From Flectonema sp. DT1601 (Eukaryota), in the NCBI GenBank assembly GCA_964019425.1, contig OZ025783.1, forward strand, positions 620,001 to 684,000: a stretch of 64,000 nucleotides of DNA, given 5' to 3'. A model generated the notes under the pieces. The model was not told where the DNA came from. It saw nothing but the letters and a program-made list of their open reading frames with translations, and did not search any database. The position numbers and the translations under genes are program-made. Positions 62,776-64,000 of this stretch are shown here, piece after piece (the first letter of the stretch is position 1; every line of letters starts with the position of its first letter).

Positions 62776-64000
62776 ATGGAAGGTTCGCCCTGTCAAGTTG
62801 CAGGCTGCTCAGGTCAGATGGTCTTTAGAACTGACCACACAAGAGGAGTGTTAGAAAACTTCTGCACAGAATGTTTTGTTTCTGGAGGTGATGGACTCGT
62901 CTACGATCACGATGATAATGAGGCTGGTGTAAAAATGTACATGAAACAAAATGACTTAGAAGGTGGTGTCTGGGGATTACTACATGGAGGCTCAGCACGA
63001 GGAAGACACGTAACAAATTTAAACGGAACAGAAATGGCTAGAAGAACACGTCTAGTAGAGGAAGTCCTCGACGACTTGTGTAAACATTATCGATTTGGTA
63101 CTTTTGAACGTCGTAAATCACAGCAGATATTTGAAGAATATTTAAACAATGAAGAGATGGTAAAGTTTATGGAGCATCGTCGATTTAACGCTCTCAGTTA
63201 TTCAACTTTAGTAGCGGCTGCTGTTCTTTTGGAAACATCAAACTCTCTACGACTTGGAATTTCATTTTTAGAACTCGTAAATTTAACTCACCACTCAGTA
63301 GCAACGGTTAATAAGGCTTACAGATCAATAAAAACATCACAAGAGGATGATGTTGTCAACGCTGATCAGATACCTCAAACACCAGCTAGTTGGAAACAAC
63401 AAGCGAATACAATAATATGTAGTCGACTTGATAAACAACTTAGAAACTTACTCGGAATGAATCAAAATAGATGGACTCCAAGTGATGATGTTTTACTTCG
63501 TTTAGATGAGATGGAAAATACTGAACTGGAAGAAAAGTATGGAATTGATGAAGACAAATTAAAGAACATTGCGACTCTGTCTCAAATAATAGTTAAAGCA
63601 ATAGTAGTAGTACAAGAACAACCACCAATAGACTTAGATTCTATGTGCGCAAGTACCATGTACATAGCTGCAACTCACTACGATCCGATTTGGACAGATA
63701 GAAATCAAACATCAAAACTCGCAAATGCAATCGCAGAAGCATTTACCCGTACCCATAGATGGATTATTTCAGGTATAGCCTTATGCAAGAATACTTTATA
63801 TCAATTAGCTAAGGAGACTAGCATTCTAACGCCAGTTCTCGCAGGTTCTCCGGTCCAGTTTGAAAATAATCAACACTTAGCACACACTCTAACATGCCTT
63901 GAAGGGTTGCTATTCAGATATGGTTGTCTTAAGGCTGGAAGTGTTGTTCAAAAAGCTCAAGTTGAACTCACACAGGTTGAGAAAACACGTGAAGCACCAC
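62776..64000 (+). CDS. TFIIB/BRF-family transcription factor (3'-partial; absent from the ORF track)
   Basis: My translation MEGSPCQVAGC...NFCTEC is a Zn ribbon. Cyclin-fold repeats LVAAAVLL..RLGISFLEL..TVNKAYRSI and SMCASTMYIAA. Frame is open to the window end. Confidence 0.7.
   Translation, partial: MEGSPCQVAGCSGQMVFRTDHTRGVLENFCTECFVSGGDGLVYDHDDNEAGVKMYMKQNDLEGGVWGLLHGGSARGRHVTNLNGTEMARRTRLVEEVLDDLCKHYRFGTFERRKSQQIFEEYLNNEEMVKFMEHRRFNALSYSTLVAAAVLLETSNSLRLGISFLELVNLTHHSVATVNKAYRSIKTSQEDDVVNADQIPQTPASWKQQANTIICSRLDKQLRNLLGMNQNRWTPSDDVLLRLDEMENTELEEKYGIDEDKLKNIATLSQIIVKAIVVVQEQPPIDLDSMCASTMYIAATHYDPIWTDRNQTSKLANAIAEAFTRTHRWIISGIALCKNTLYQLAKETSILTPVLAGSPVQFENNQHLAHTLTCLEGLLFRYGCLKAGSVVQKAQVELTQVEKTREAP

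Noticed and set aside
208..63016. Minus-strand ORFs and short poly-K/poly-F ORFs in the ORF track
   Set aside because: They are antisense shadows of + strand genes or translations of homopolymer tracts, with no recognisable motifs.

Overview
AT-rich eukaryotic (protist) genomic DNA, not prokaryotic. About 27 protein-coding genes can be supported, and all are on the + strand. Most start codons lie 0-40 nt after a YAG preceded by an AT/pyrimidine-rich tract, consistent with spliced-leader trans-splicing acceptors. Several genes also carry short GT-AG cis-introns. This combination suggests a euglenozoan, most plausibly a diplonemid (inference). Recognisable genes: two K+ channels, a CCCH+MLLE protein, a PHD finger protein, a 4x RanBP2 zinc-finger protein, a PPR-like+PIN protein, AP-4 mu, a cytochrome P450, condensin II CAP-G2, a DUF1917 protein, a PhnD-like binding protein and a TFIIB-like factor. 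The main highlights are (1) a 2.4k-aa type I membrane protein built as (7 Cys-rich repeats + GH16) x3, with the catalytic motif degenerate in all three GH16 domains, a candidate beta-glucan receptor; (2) dense, G-U-containing + strand RNA secondary structure in the intergenic regions, including a ~165-nt fold-back and a ~260-nt rod; (3) a 20 x 54-bp tandem array; and (4) a two-copy dispersed 40-nt element. All domain calls are by motif recognition and all RNA folds were paired by hand; no database searches or folding programs were run.
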